DNA of 64,000 bases from Octopus sinensis (lineage: Eukaryota): assembly GCF_006345805.1 (NCBI RefSeq), contig NC_042997.1:103664001-103728000 (forward strand), written 5' to 3'. Both the position numbers and the translations under genes were made by a program. Below, in pieces: positions 13,047-24,999 of this stretch (positions are counted from its first letter, which is position 1; each line of letters opens with the position of its first letter). Below the pieces are notes generated by a model, which worked only from the letters and a program-made list of their open reading frames with translations, was not told the DNA's origin and ran no database searches.

Positions 13047-13194
13047 CCGGAGTAAACACATAAATGTGAAACAAGGTGGAAAAGGAATACTCAAATACCA
13101 GTGGTAGAGTAATATGCTTTATTTAAAGCAGCAGAAAATTCAACAAAACCTGTTACTCTGAGTTTCCCGTTGCCGTTCATCGGACAGTTTTTGC
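13047..13194 (-). mobile_element. Short Penelope-like terminal fragment carrying a hammerhead motif
   Basis: ORF-less ~150-bp unit following a (TA)n tract; contains the motif at 13145-13192. Confidence 0.6.
13145..13192 (-). ncRNA. Near-intact type I hammerhead ribozyme motif
   Basis: Minus strand AAAAACTGT-CCGATGA-ACG-GCAA-CGG-GAAA-CTCAGA-GTA-ACAGGTTTT: stem I 8 of 9 bp, GNRA-capped stem II, GUA triplet, near-palindromic stem III ACTCAGAGT; variants U4C and a 10.1 mismatch. Confidence 0.7.
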
Positions 13195-13260
13195 TATATA
13201 TATTTGTGTGTGCGTGCGCTTGTGTGCGCGTGTGTGTTTGTGCGTGTATGTGTGTTTCAC

Positions 13261-13291
<31 letters not shown>

Positions 13292-13429
13292 ATGCACACA
13301 CACGCACACATATATATTTATATGTATTTGTATGCATATATAATCAATTTATGCATTTGACACAGCATTAGATTAAAATAACAGTGTATATAAGATTTAT
13401 AACGTATACTGAAATGTGTTATGACGCCA

Positions 13430-15260
13430 GAATAAATATGGTGCTTCACAATAAAATCGAAGACTGGTTCAATGCATATAACCATCTTCCAGCGCAGATT
13501 TCCGAGCGTGTAGCGGACTATTCTTGCATAAAAACTCCGTTTTGCACAGTTCACTGATAGTTGTAAAGACTTTTATGAGGGTCTGAAAATGGTGTATTGC
13601 TTTTCGTACTATGATCGACATTTCTTGTAAATTGTATATGGATAGGTTCTCTTCATAGACAAAGGGTTTATTTTGAATTGAACATTTCAAGACTGGCGCC
13701 AGTTGTACCGACTATTCTTTAATGTTCAGAGAAAAATACAGAACTAGACCAGATTCCAACTTTACTTGAATCTTTCAGAGCCATGTGTTGCATAACTACT
13801 TAGAAATGTAACAAGAGTTGTTGGAGCGTAAGCAGAAATTTCGAAGTATTAGAAACCCGGTGCAACACACGAAGCTCGATGAGCTCTTTTCTGCTGGAAA
13901 CCAGGTAAAGTACGACACAATGTTTCTAATGTAGCCATTATCATCCTGTACAAGAACAAAGGGTAATATCCGACTATTTCAAGCACCGGGATATAACTTG
14001 ATCTCTTTCGTAGAAAAATCCATGCCAAAGTATTTGCCATTGCAAAAGAATACATTCCAGAAAGCCAATACCTGACGTGATATTTTTCAGTGAGCCTCAA
14101 ATGAAATGTAGAGAACAGGATAAATATTTGTTGGCCTGCTGCTCTAAGTGTCTGATCCTATGAACATGAAAGGTCTCTCCTCAAATTCCTTAATATGGCA
14201 ATCCAGCTACACGAAATAAAAAAAAAGATAGAAACATGAGGATCAGAATAGCCAAGTCAGACATAATAACGAGCTATTCATAATGGAGAATTCGTGTAAA
14301 GCCAGGATGCGTTATTTGCCATTTTGTTCAACATGATTCACATAAAATTCACCAAAAAATCCTTGAGGAAGAGGATGCGTTCAACAGTTGATACCGTATC
14401 ACTGATAACCTGTTCAACCGGAAGCAACTATAGTTCCACATTAAGATACCGGAGCAGCTCGTCTGTTACCAAGCTTTTTGGACACATTGTCATTTCAGCA
14501 GTCTATAGCATCCTATTATGCTGAAACTGCCTAGAATTTTAGGCCAGAAATCAGGAAAAAGACAAGTCAACACACCAGGAAGATTTCTCATCACTTGTGA
14601 GACAAAGGGAGGAGAGAAATCTATAGTTCAGCTCCAAGAGGTAACAAGGTATATAAAGAAGTTGAGGCCAGACTAAAGGCAATGGCAAAATGCACATCCG
14701 CACAAGTTAAGCCTGAAACAGCAGAGAACGCATTAAGATGTTTGCTATTTCAAACATAGAGACCCCTATCTTGTACGGTTTCAAGATGTGGATTACCTAT
14801 TGTCCCCAACTATAACATTTTTAGGGCTTCTACCGGTGCTAACTCCACATCATTCTCAACATTGACTGTAGTAACTGCGTTAATAATATTGAATTCCTAA
14901 AATAAACCGAATTAAATAATATATGAAGATTATAATGTTGAAGTCGTGCTGTGCTAGGTTTCACACGTTTCCAAAATGCTGTTAAGGATTCTGATATGTG
15001 GCGAACATTTCACTGACTACTGGTGGAAGAAAGGCACCAAGAAAGAAATACAAAGACTCTGAATAAATGCTCTGGTGACCATCACAGTGACATTGCCAAC
15101 TTTTTACCATAGTCTCCCATCGCTAGGTATGGAAATGATCCAATAATCTGTCTCTCTTTCCTAGATGGAGAATGCCTGTAAGGCTGGCATTGAGGACAAA
15201 ACGAAGAGTAGGGAAGACCGTGACTCAGTAAAATCGAACCCAGAATAGGATTTCTTTTGC
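13430..15260 (+). mobile_element. Highly decayed RTE (BovB-like) LINE ORF2 remnant
   Basis: Collinear motifs across stops and frameshifts: EDWFNA, KDFYEGLKMVY, ELDQIPTL, AIIILYKNKG, PESQY, MKCREQ, PILYGFKMW, GGRKAPRKKYKD. Confidence 0.75.
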
Positions 15261-15797
15261 AACCGCTACAGCTGGGCCAGCATGTCTCATAGTGACTACG
15301 TCAGGCAGCTGCAATTGATGTAGACTGTCCTCTTCAAGCATCTTCCTTCCCGAAACTAAGTGATGATAGAATGATATCCAAATTTCAGTTCGCATACGTG
15401 GTAGAGATACGTGTAATTATGAACTGCTGTATGTTTAGATAAAAGAATATAAGAGGACACACAAGTATATATTTTGTATATGAGGGTACATATATGCGCT
15501 ATGCTTGTGTAAGAGTGCGTGATTATATGGGTATATTCGTGTGAATGTGGATAGGTTTGTATGTTTGCGTGAGAGTGTGTATGTGTGTGTGTGTGTGCGT
15601 GTGTGCGCGTGTATGAAGAAATATGCAGGAACAGCTAACATCAAGAATATTTACTACGACAAAAGATGGACTAAAATCATGATGACAATGATGATTAAAA
15701 TGATGTTGGTGTCATGATGATGATGATGCTGATGTTCATGATGCTGGCGACTATATTGATGATGATAGTAGTAATGTTGATAAGAACAAAAAATGAC

Positions 15798-15813
15798 ATT
15801 ATTATTATTATTG

Positions 15814-15870
<57 letters not shown>

Positions 15871-16066
15871 GTAGTAGTAGTAGTAGTAGTAGTAGTATTA
15901 AAAAACAACCTACTACTACTACTACTACTACTAATAATAATAATAATAATAATAATAAAAATAATAATAATAATAACAATAATAATAATAATAATAATAA
16001 CAATAATAATAATAAAAATATTCCCAATAATAATAATAATAATAATATTTAATAATAATAATAATA

Positions 16067-16107
<41 letters not shown>

Positions 16108-16110
16108 GTG
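15798..16110. repeat. Compound (ATT)n(AGT)n / (ACT)n(AAT)n microsatellite with a polarity switch
   Basis: Directly visible; source of the poly-L/I/N ORFs. Confidence 0.95.
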
Positions 16111-16419
16111 ATGGATAAATAAATAATGCTAATAAATAATGAAGGACTCTAGGTGTCATCTCTGCCCGATGGCATGTTAAATTATAGAAAACATATTGAA
16201 CGAAGTGTCTAGCAAGCGGATGAATTTCTCTGAAATAGAACAGCAACGAGATGAACATCCATTGCCATAATGTCAATAAGAATAACAAATGCCGAAATAA
16301 GGTTTTCGGAAAAGAACATAATATATATACAAAAAGTAGAGAAGAGAAATTTTTAAAAAAAGTGAACGGAAACCCAAAAAGTTGTGTGGGAAATATAAAG
16401 TAAGCATTCATATACATAC

Positions 16420-16437
16420 TATATATATGTATATATG

Positions 16438-16482
<45 letters not shown>

Positions 16483-16597
16483 TAATATATATATATAATT
16501 ATATTTATATATATTATATATATATATATATATTATATATATATATATATATATTTTATATATATATATAATATGTATATGTATATATATATATATC

Positions 16598-16628
<31 letters not shown>

Positions 16629-16645
16629 AATATATGAATATATAC

Positions 16646-16678
<33 letters not shown>

Positions 16679-16827
16679 TATATTAATGAATGTATGTATA
16701 TATGTGTATATACATACAATCTATTTTCTATGCATGTGGGTGTACAAGTATGATCTGATATATATATATATATACATGTGTATGCACACGTACATCGTAT
16801 ATCTATCTTTGTCTATCTGTCTGTCAC

Positions 16828-16868
<41 letters not shown>

Positions 16869-16972
16869 CTTATACAGAGAAAGAGTGGGAGAGATATACA
16901 TTAAAATATATAGACATATAGAGTAGCATATATATAAGCATATAAATACGCATATATCTATATGTATATATT

Positions 16973-17024
<52 letters not shown>

Positions 17025-17069
17025 GTGGGTGTGTGTGTGTGTGTGTATATATATAAGTATATGTATATG

Positions 17070-17109
<40 letters not shown>

Positions 17110-17145
17110 TATATTACATATATATATGTATATATATATATATTG

Positions 17146-17179
<34 letters not shown>

Positions 17180-17200
17180 ATATTTATATATATATTATAT
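16420..17200. repeat. Long (TA)n-rich microsatellite region
   Basis: Directly visible. Confidence 0.9.
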
Positions 17201-17798
17201 ATACAAACCCATATTTATAATATATATTACATTTATTTATTCGAAGCTGAAGCTTAGAGACCACACAATCGCAGTTATATTTTTTTTTTATTTTTTACAA
17301 TTGGTGGAAATGATCATAACACATCCAATTGTCATTAACATGGCTTACGGCACAGAATTTTCTAAGACAAAAAAAAAATAAATAAAAACATGACGAACAC
17401 ATTAAACTCATATATATATGCATAGTCACTCACAACAGTATACACATGCATACAATCATTCTCTCATGCACATATATATACCCCCACACATAGACACACA
17501 CACACACATACAACACACACACACACATACAAGTGCACACACACACACGTATATATTTATAGGTACATAATTGTATATGTATATACAGACACATGCTTTC
17601 ATACAAGCATACGTATATATATTCAAATATTTTATACATATTGAAAGTTAAACTGAAATACTCTTAATATAATTGAATATACGTATGTGTGTATCTTGTA
17701 TGTATGTATGTATGCATGCATGCATGCATGTATGTATGTACGTGTGTGTGTTTGTGTGTATGTGCGTGTGTGTGCGTGTGTGTGCGTATGTGTGTGCG

Positions 17799-17829
<31 letters not shown>

Positions 17830-18204
17830 AAGTATGCAAAGAGAAGAAAAAAGACCCAGCTATATTAGCGAGATAACTATGCGAGATAAGTGTATGAAAC
17901 GCTCCATTTTGTCTGCAGTAATACATATAGAGAAAGAAATAGAAAAGCTACCCAGTGTGAGAAGAATTCTTTAATGGTGCTTATAATGCATAAACACACA
18001 AAACAGCACACACGCATATGTAAATATATAAACATGTATGTGTGTGCGTGTATTTATATATAGCATATGTATGTATATATAGTATATGTATGCATATACA
18101 CATATACACATGTACAAATGAGCATACATATATGTACATATGTATACGCATATATATAAATATGCGTGTGTGTGTGTGTATATGTATATATATACATACA
18201 CACA

Positions 18205-18261
<57 letters not shown>

Positions 18262-18622
18262 TTCTGTATATATTCACGTCTGAAAAAAGATAAAATTTGT
18301 TCAAATTTCAGAAATGATAAGGGATAATTGTAGAAGAATACATACACTCGCACACACACAGATACACATGCACACACACACACACACAGAGTGAGAGAGA
18401 GAGAGAGACAACAAAAACCACTACGATATAAGTATTTTCTGAGATAATTCCAGTAGGACTGGAAAGAATTAAAATAAACTGACAAAAACGAATTAATGAA
18501 CAAAACAGTATATCCGAGCTGAGCTAAACGTGTTTGTGTAATTTGCATCAAAGACTGGATTAACCATTGAATTAGTCGTGCATCATTCGCAACGGTGTTT
18601 CTTTTTATATTTTTAATATATA

Positions 18623-19008
18623 CTAGCAGTATCGCCCGGCGTTGCTCGGGTTTGTAAGGGAAATAACTATATAAGCATTTTTAGAGAGTTATAGCCAAAA
18701 AATAGCAAAAAATGCATTAAAAATGGAAAACAAATGATGGTAATTTTTTTAAATCGTTGACTCATCGTAGACATTTTTAGAGAGTTACATCCCTTATATA
18801 ATAGCGAAAAAATGCATTAAAATGGAAAATAATGATGGTAAATTTTTTTTTAAATCGTAGACTCATCGTAGACGCGCGCTAATACCCAGAAGGGCTCGAT
18901 ATGAATCACGACTATAAGATACCCGGTTTTGGTTAAACTGCACCGCAAAATGTGGGAGTAGTTAGAAATCTAAATCGTAGGAGACAGACACACAACCTTA
19001 TATAAAGA
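18623..19008 (-). mobile_element. Non-autonomous Helitron (~390 bp)
   Basis: On the minus strand begins TC (A|TCTTTATATA), ends CTAG|T, with a subterminal hairpin CCCG(A)GC-AAC-GC-CGGG about 8 nt before CTAG; A|T insertion site; internal ~95-bp tandem duplication. Confidence 0.85.
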
Positions 19009-19009
19009 T

Positions 19010-19609
19010 TTGAAACTATTATACAAAACCATAGATCTAAAATGAAGAATTCTAGAAGTAATTCGGTTTGCTGTAAATTACTCATATGATCCTAGTGGCC
19101 ATAGATCATTGGTTAGAAATTCTCTTTGCAGCATGTGAACAATATTTCGTCATGCACTGGGGTCGATGTAATCCACTAGCCCCACTTCCCTAAAATTTTA
19201 GGCCTTGTGCCTATAGCAGAAAGGGCTATTATAACTTTTAAAAAGACGGTGAATTGGCACAAACGTTAGCTTAACGCCATTTCGTCCGTCTTTACGTTCT
19301 CTGGGTTAAAATTCCGTCGAGATTGACTTTGCCTTTTATCCTTCCAGAGTCGATAAGAGAAGTATGAGCGCTGGGGTTGATCTAACTGACTTAACCCCGC
19401 CCCCGAAATTGATGGCCTTGTGCCAAAATTTAAAACTATTATTATAGCTTATATAAATTTTAAAGCAAAAAAAATATTGTTCACATACTGCAAAGAGAAT
19501 TTCTAACCAATGATCTATGGCCACTAGGATCATATGAGTAATTTACAGCAAACCGAATTACTTCTACAATTCTTCATTTTAGATCTATGGTTTTGTATAA
19601 AAGTTTCAA
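19010..19609. repeat. Near-perfect 138-bp inverted repeat (19010-19147 / 19472-19609) enclosing SINE pieces
   Basis: Manual alignment shows 3 mismatches in 138 bp. Confidence 0.92.
19245..19440 (+). mobile_element. Diverged family A-related SINE (plus a partial copy at about 19155-19230)
   Basis: GGTGAATTGGCA..TTCCGTCGAGATTGACTTTGCCTTTTATCC..GTCGATAAG..GGCCTTGTGCC. Confidence 0.75.
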
Positions 19610-20154
19610 TTTTACTTCGCTGTTTATTTATTTATATCTTAAAATGCGTAAAAAACTATTTCAACAATTGTTTTTCATTTCTCTTTCTATATTCCACTAT
19701 CTTATAACTTTCGATCATTCTTACAAATACTTCAAAGTTATTTTACAATTTATTTATTTCGGTCTTTTAAATGTCGGAATGTTTATTTCAATTATTTATT
19801 TGTTTCAATTTTCCTTATAAATGTTTAAGTAAAAAACATAGTGAGGTTAGGTAAATAACTTGATCTAACTTATCTCATTATTGATTTATTTCGATCTTTC
19901 TTATAAATATTTAAATGTTATTTTAATATTTGTTTTTCGTTTCCAGCTGCCTCAGAAATGTTAGGCAAAAATAGTGGGCTAGGTGACTTAACATATATCA
20001 GTTGTTGAGAGCTGTGGTTGCTTTCTATTTTTGCATTTAGTTAGTAAATTCAAGTGAAGTAATAGTAAAAAGTGAAACTGTTATGTGGCGTTCATAAATT
20101 TGTTTTAAATATGTATTTGTAACTTTAACCTCTGTAGCAGTTTAAAACCAAGCA

Positions 20155-20532
20155 TCTTTTCTGCTCTAGGTACAAGGCCCGAAATTTTTGGGGAGGGACC
20201 AGTCGATTAGATTGACCCCCCAGCACGCAGCTGGTACTTGATTTATCGACTACGAAAAGATGAAATACAAAGTCAACCTCGGCAGAATTTGACAGACGAA
20301 ATACCCATTTCTTTACTACCCACAAGGGGCTAAACACAGAGGACAAACAAGGACAGACAAACGGATTAATCGGTTATATCGACCCCAGTGCGTAACTGGT
20401 ACTTATTTAATCGACCCGAAAGGATGAAAGTCTAAGTCGGCCTCGGCGGAATTTGAACTCAGAACGTAACGGCAGACGGAATACTGCTACGCATTTCGCC
20501 CGGCGTGCTAACGCTTCTGCCAGCTCGCCGCC
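20155..20532 (-). mobile_element. Family A SINE, full-length copy (about 20305-20532) plus an adjacent partial copy
   Basis: Reverse complement of GGCGGCGAGCTGGCAGAAGCGTTAGCACGCCGGGCGAAATGCG.. Confidence 0.9.
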
Positions 20533-21019
20533 TTAGCTTAAAATCAAGAATATCGACTGGATTAAAGACTACATCTTGTTTTTATATTAAACCAGAAGAA
20601 TTTCAATTAAAATGTTATGCTGAATTACAATTTAAACTCAGAGACAGTTTCTCAGCCAGACCTACAGAGTTAAAGAAAACTTATTAAAAAAATTGATCTA
20701 GAAGATTGGAAATTTAGGTATTGAGTTTGAGAGAAATATGGGAGTTTGTTGTCCAGTAATTTCGAAGTTATTATCTTTCTATTAAATAGAAGATCGCAGT
20801 TAACATACTTGATACAGCTGACTTGGGATTACATCATTCACAAAGCAGATTGTGGTTTTCAGGTGATTTATTAGTCACCACCGTTCAAATAATCTATTGC
20901 TATTATGTATGACTGTTCCGCGAGATGATGGATTTGGAGTTAGTTTCAAAGAACATATTCAACAGTGTACTCTTGTGCATAAAAATGAAGTAATATATGT
21001 ATAGATACGTACACACACA

Positions 21020-21050
<31 letters not shown>

Positions 21051-21948
21051 CCACACACACACACACACACCACTCGCACACATACACATTTAACTTAAAG
21101 CAAGGAAACATTGAGGAAGGTGATGTTTGTTTCAATATATAAGCAATACTTTCTGAATTATATTTTCTTTTTGACAAAGTTCGTTTCGTAATCACATTGT
21201 GAATTGTCATTTACTTTAGTCTTTGGCCACCTTAAATTTAGTGACTGACGTTGGATATGCTGAACTGCACGGTGAACATCCGATGAATTGTATCCGTTAC
21301 TGAAATATCAAGCTTTTCTTACACGCCAAGCCACGCTTATTCCCACCGAAGATTACATTAAAATAGTTCTCTGTGTGTTTCTGTGTGTGTGTGTGTAATA
21401 CTCAGCCACTTAATATTATTAATGAGCTCGATTTAGATGTTCAGCCTGTTCTTCACAATACGTGTTGAAAACTGCTTGACAGAGGTTTCCGGATGACTGC
21501 AGTTCTCAAGACGTAAGATCCCAAATGATTATCAAAGAGTTTAGGTGTGAGGCAGAATAAAGATGGCAATAGAATAGTAGAAATATGCATTAAAAGTTTC
21601 AGGAAAGTGATACTACTCAGTTTATAAATTCAGAGGATTAGAAGTCGTTGAAGTAACAACTAGGGAAACAATACATCCGTGGCCGACCTTTTGTAAATTC
21701 CCTGACGAGTGTTTTGTGTTTGTCGCAAATCTATCTTAAATTTGTTCACAGAACCCCAATGCTGGTCATACGTGAACTTCGTACAGGTTAGGAGTCGAGC
21801 AAAGATGAATTTCTTTCTGATTCTGAATAACAAGTCTATTCTCTGCGATGCCATTTTGGTGACATTACATTCGTGAGGGTATAATGATTGTGATTCAGAT
21901 AACTTGATATGTGTTCTGACTTTGAATGCATTAGATATGTGTGGAAAT

Positions 21949-22168
21949 TACGAAGGGGTACTGAAAAATTCCTGGCTTTGGGTAAAAAATATGCAGGAGG
22001 ATAAGTCAATTATGATTTTATTCAACATATTCCCCTCTCAGATTCACACATCTATTGCAACGGTCCTTCAGTTTTCCTAAGCCCTGTGAAAGAACTCGGA
22101 AGTCTGTGCCTTCAACCAGGCCTTTTGCGACAGCCTTAAAGCCAGGAACTTCTCAGCAACCCCTCGTA
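21949..22168. mobile_element. Mariner-type MITE (~220 bp)
   Basis: TIRs TACGAAGGGGTACTGAAAAATTCCTGGCTTT / AAAGCCAGGAACTTCTCAGCAACCCCTCGTA with TA ends; no ORF. Confidence 0.85.
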
Positions 22169-22429
22169 TAAAAAGTGAATTGTAGGAATGATTTCTTGAT
22201 ATCCATACAGATTGTATTCTTTTTCTATTTGGTTATTGAAGGAGACTAGATTATCATATTTCTATTGAATAATGTTACTGAGTTCTAAATTCTCTGTATA
22301 CAGAATGTGTTATCTTGTTGAATTACAGTGATGAGAGAAGTGTTCGCATTTGATGTCAGCTTGTATGAGGCAGTGGGCCAGGGCAAATGGAAGGGAAATG
22401 TTAAGGAAACTTTTTGTGTATGATTTGTA

Positions 22430-22760
22430 TGAATTAGATAGGTACTTATTCTATTGGTCACTTTTGCTGAACCGCAAAGTTACGGCTACGAATACAAGCC
22501 AATTCCAGTTGTCAAGTGGCGGAGTAACAAACACTAAGACACAGGCGAGCGCGTACATACTCACATGCTCATGCATAGATACACAATAGACTTTCATACA
22601 GTTCCATCTGAAAGTTTCAATCAAAAGGCACTGGTTGGTCCGGGGCTGTGGTAGAAGACAGTTGCCTAAAGTGCCGCAGAGTGGGACTGAAACCGAAACG
22701 TGGTTCCATGCAAATGAACTTCTTACTTCTTAATCACACAGTGATACCTGTACCTATACA
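22430..22760 (-). mobile_element. Family B SINE (long composite type), decayed
   Basis: Reverse complement similar to 29400-29810 (CAGTCCCAC, GGCAACTGTCTTCTAC, TTGACAAC, TAACTTTGCGGTTCAGC). Confidence 0.7.
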
Positions 22761-23070
22761 TAGATAATGTTAAAACATTGTCGTTTCTTTGACTTTTGAG
22801 ACTGCTGAAGTGATTTTAAGTATTTGAAATATAAAGTCTGTTGAAAAATGCCCCACAAAGAATCTGGCTTCATTGCACAGTTCCCTCACATAATACCACA
22901 GTATTTTTTATTTTGTTATTCTATATTGTACTTTTTAATACCTCTAAGTTCTGAACTCTGCTTTACCATTAAATTATCCGGAGTAAAGAATGTAACTAAC
23001 AGTCAAATACTGAGATCAATTTAATGGATTATATCCTTTCAACGAATTATGTGCGCCCTTGTGTCTCAGA

Positions 23071-23373
23071 GGAGGCGCAATGGTCCAGTGGTTAGGGCAG
23101 CGGACTCGCGGTCGGAGGATCGTGGTTTCGATTTCCAGACCGGGCGTTGTGTGTGTTTATTGAGCGAAAACACCTAAAAGCTCCACGAGGCTCCGGCAGG
23201 GGTGGTGGCGGCCCCTGTTGTACTCTTTCGCCACAACTTTCTCTAATTTTTCTTTCTTCTTGTTTCTTGAGTAACGCTGCGATGGACTGGCGTCCCGGCC
23301 AGCTGGAGGTAACACACACGCCACAGAAACCGGGAAATCGGGCCCATGAGCCTGGCTAGGCTTGAAAAGGGCG
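23071..23373 (+). mobile_element. Family C SINE with tRNA-like head, full-length
   Basis: A box TGGTCCAGTGGTTAGG, B box GGTTTCGATTTCC; 3' tail GAAACCGGGAAATCGGGCCCATGAGCCTGGCTAGGCTT..AAAAGGGCG. Confidence 0.85.
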
Positions 23374-23969
23374 ACGTTTATCGTTTTTTGTGTTGCAGAA
23401 TCACTTTTGTATTTCTCTGTATTACTTCATTGTGGTACGTTGAATTTTCACGACAGATTACAAAAGTATTTATTTATACAAGATAGACAAACTCTTAACT
23501 AGACATTTAATTAGTGCATTGTATGTGGTGTCATGTTCTGTACTTCGTATTACAGTAGAACATTCATTATCTTGAATTTATTAGCATATCAAATTTATTG
23601 AACTATACATCACATAACATACTAAAAAGCATACGTAAGAAAGTATTCCCAGCCTTGCCCAAAAACGATTAGCAATTTGTAACCTCGTGAGAGATCATGC
23701 TAAGCTAACTTCCGAAAAAAAGAGATTTCGATTAAGCTGGGTTTCTAACGATCATAATTCAATGTCTTTTATATTTGCTTAAGAACAAGGCTTTATATTG
23801 TATTATATTGTAAACAGGGATATAATTTACAGACGATACGTACGCGAGCATACACAGACACACACGCGCACATATACATAAGTATATATTTATATATGTG
23901 AGTGTGTATATGTTTACCTGTAAACTATATATCTTTCTACAGTATAATGCAATATGAAGTATATTGATA

Positions 23970-24025
23970 CATCTATCTATCAAATAATCTATCAATCAAT
24001 TAATCTATCTATCTATCTATCTATA

Positions 24026-24060
<35 letters not shown>

Positions 24061-24061
24061 A

Positions 24062-24113
<52 letters not shown>

Positions 24114-24215
24114 CCTCTCTCTCTTTCTTTCTCTCTCTCTCTCTAAATATATATATATATATCCATGTATGTATGTATGTATGTATGTATGTATGTATGT
24201 ATGTATGTATGTGTG
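23970..24215. repeat. (TATC)n, (CT)n and (TATG)n compound microsatellite
   Basis: Directly visible. Confidence 0.95.
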
Positions 24216-24953
24216 TATCTATCTATCTACCTATACGTACATATATATATATGTATATATGTATGTGTGTATGTCTACATATATGGATAAATATATTTAT
24301 GTGTGTGGGTGTGTATGCATATATGTGTGCGTGCATGTGTATAGGCATGTTTACTTGTATATAAATGTATTTATGTATCTATTCCCAGCACATTTGAATT
24401 CCTCTTACGTGTAAGATACCAAATCGATTCAGTTTTGCTTCTATATATTTCTATGATTTTTTGCTAATTAAACGCGATTCTATCTTTTTATACACACACG
24501 GCAACAATAACCTTTTATAGAATAATTGTCAGAAAGCAATGTAATTCAATCTTACCTTGTGGATAGTGAATAATTATGGTTTTGAATTCTTGGATGGCAG
24601 CCAAATTATAATAAACAAATATTACAATAACTGTTTGAAATATTATCTGTCTGCCAACATAGTAGAATTCTTTGGAAAAAGAAATCATTGAATATACTCA
24701 AAAATAGGCCGTCTGAGAACGGCACTTGTACTATACTTGTTGGCGTAGCTGGCTATCACATGAAGTTTCTATATAGTAACAACATGTGAGAGAAACTATT
24801 TTCAACTAAGTGGTTAGTTGTCTGTTGGGGATTATAGTTCGAAACATATTGTCATATTACTATTCTTGTTGCATCTGTTTTAATGTGCGATGATTTATGT
24901 GTGTATGTATGTTTAGTTGTGTATTCATATATTATTAGTTGTGTATGCATATA

Positions 24954-24999
<46 letters not shown>

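Noticed and set aside
23071-23146. tRNA-like sequence with A and B boxes (similar heads at 26250-26324, 29400-29465 and 32815-32860)
   Set aside because: They continue into SINE bodies or lack a complete cloverleaf; SINE heads, not tRNA genes.
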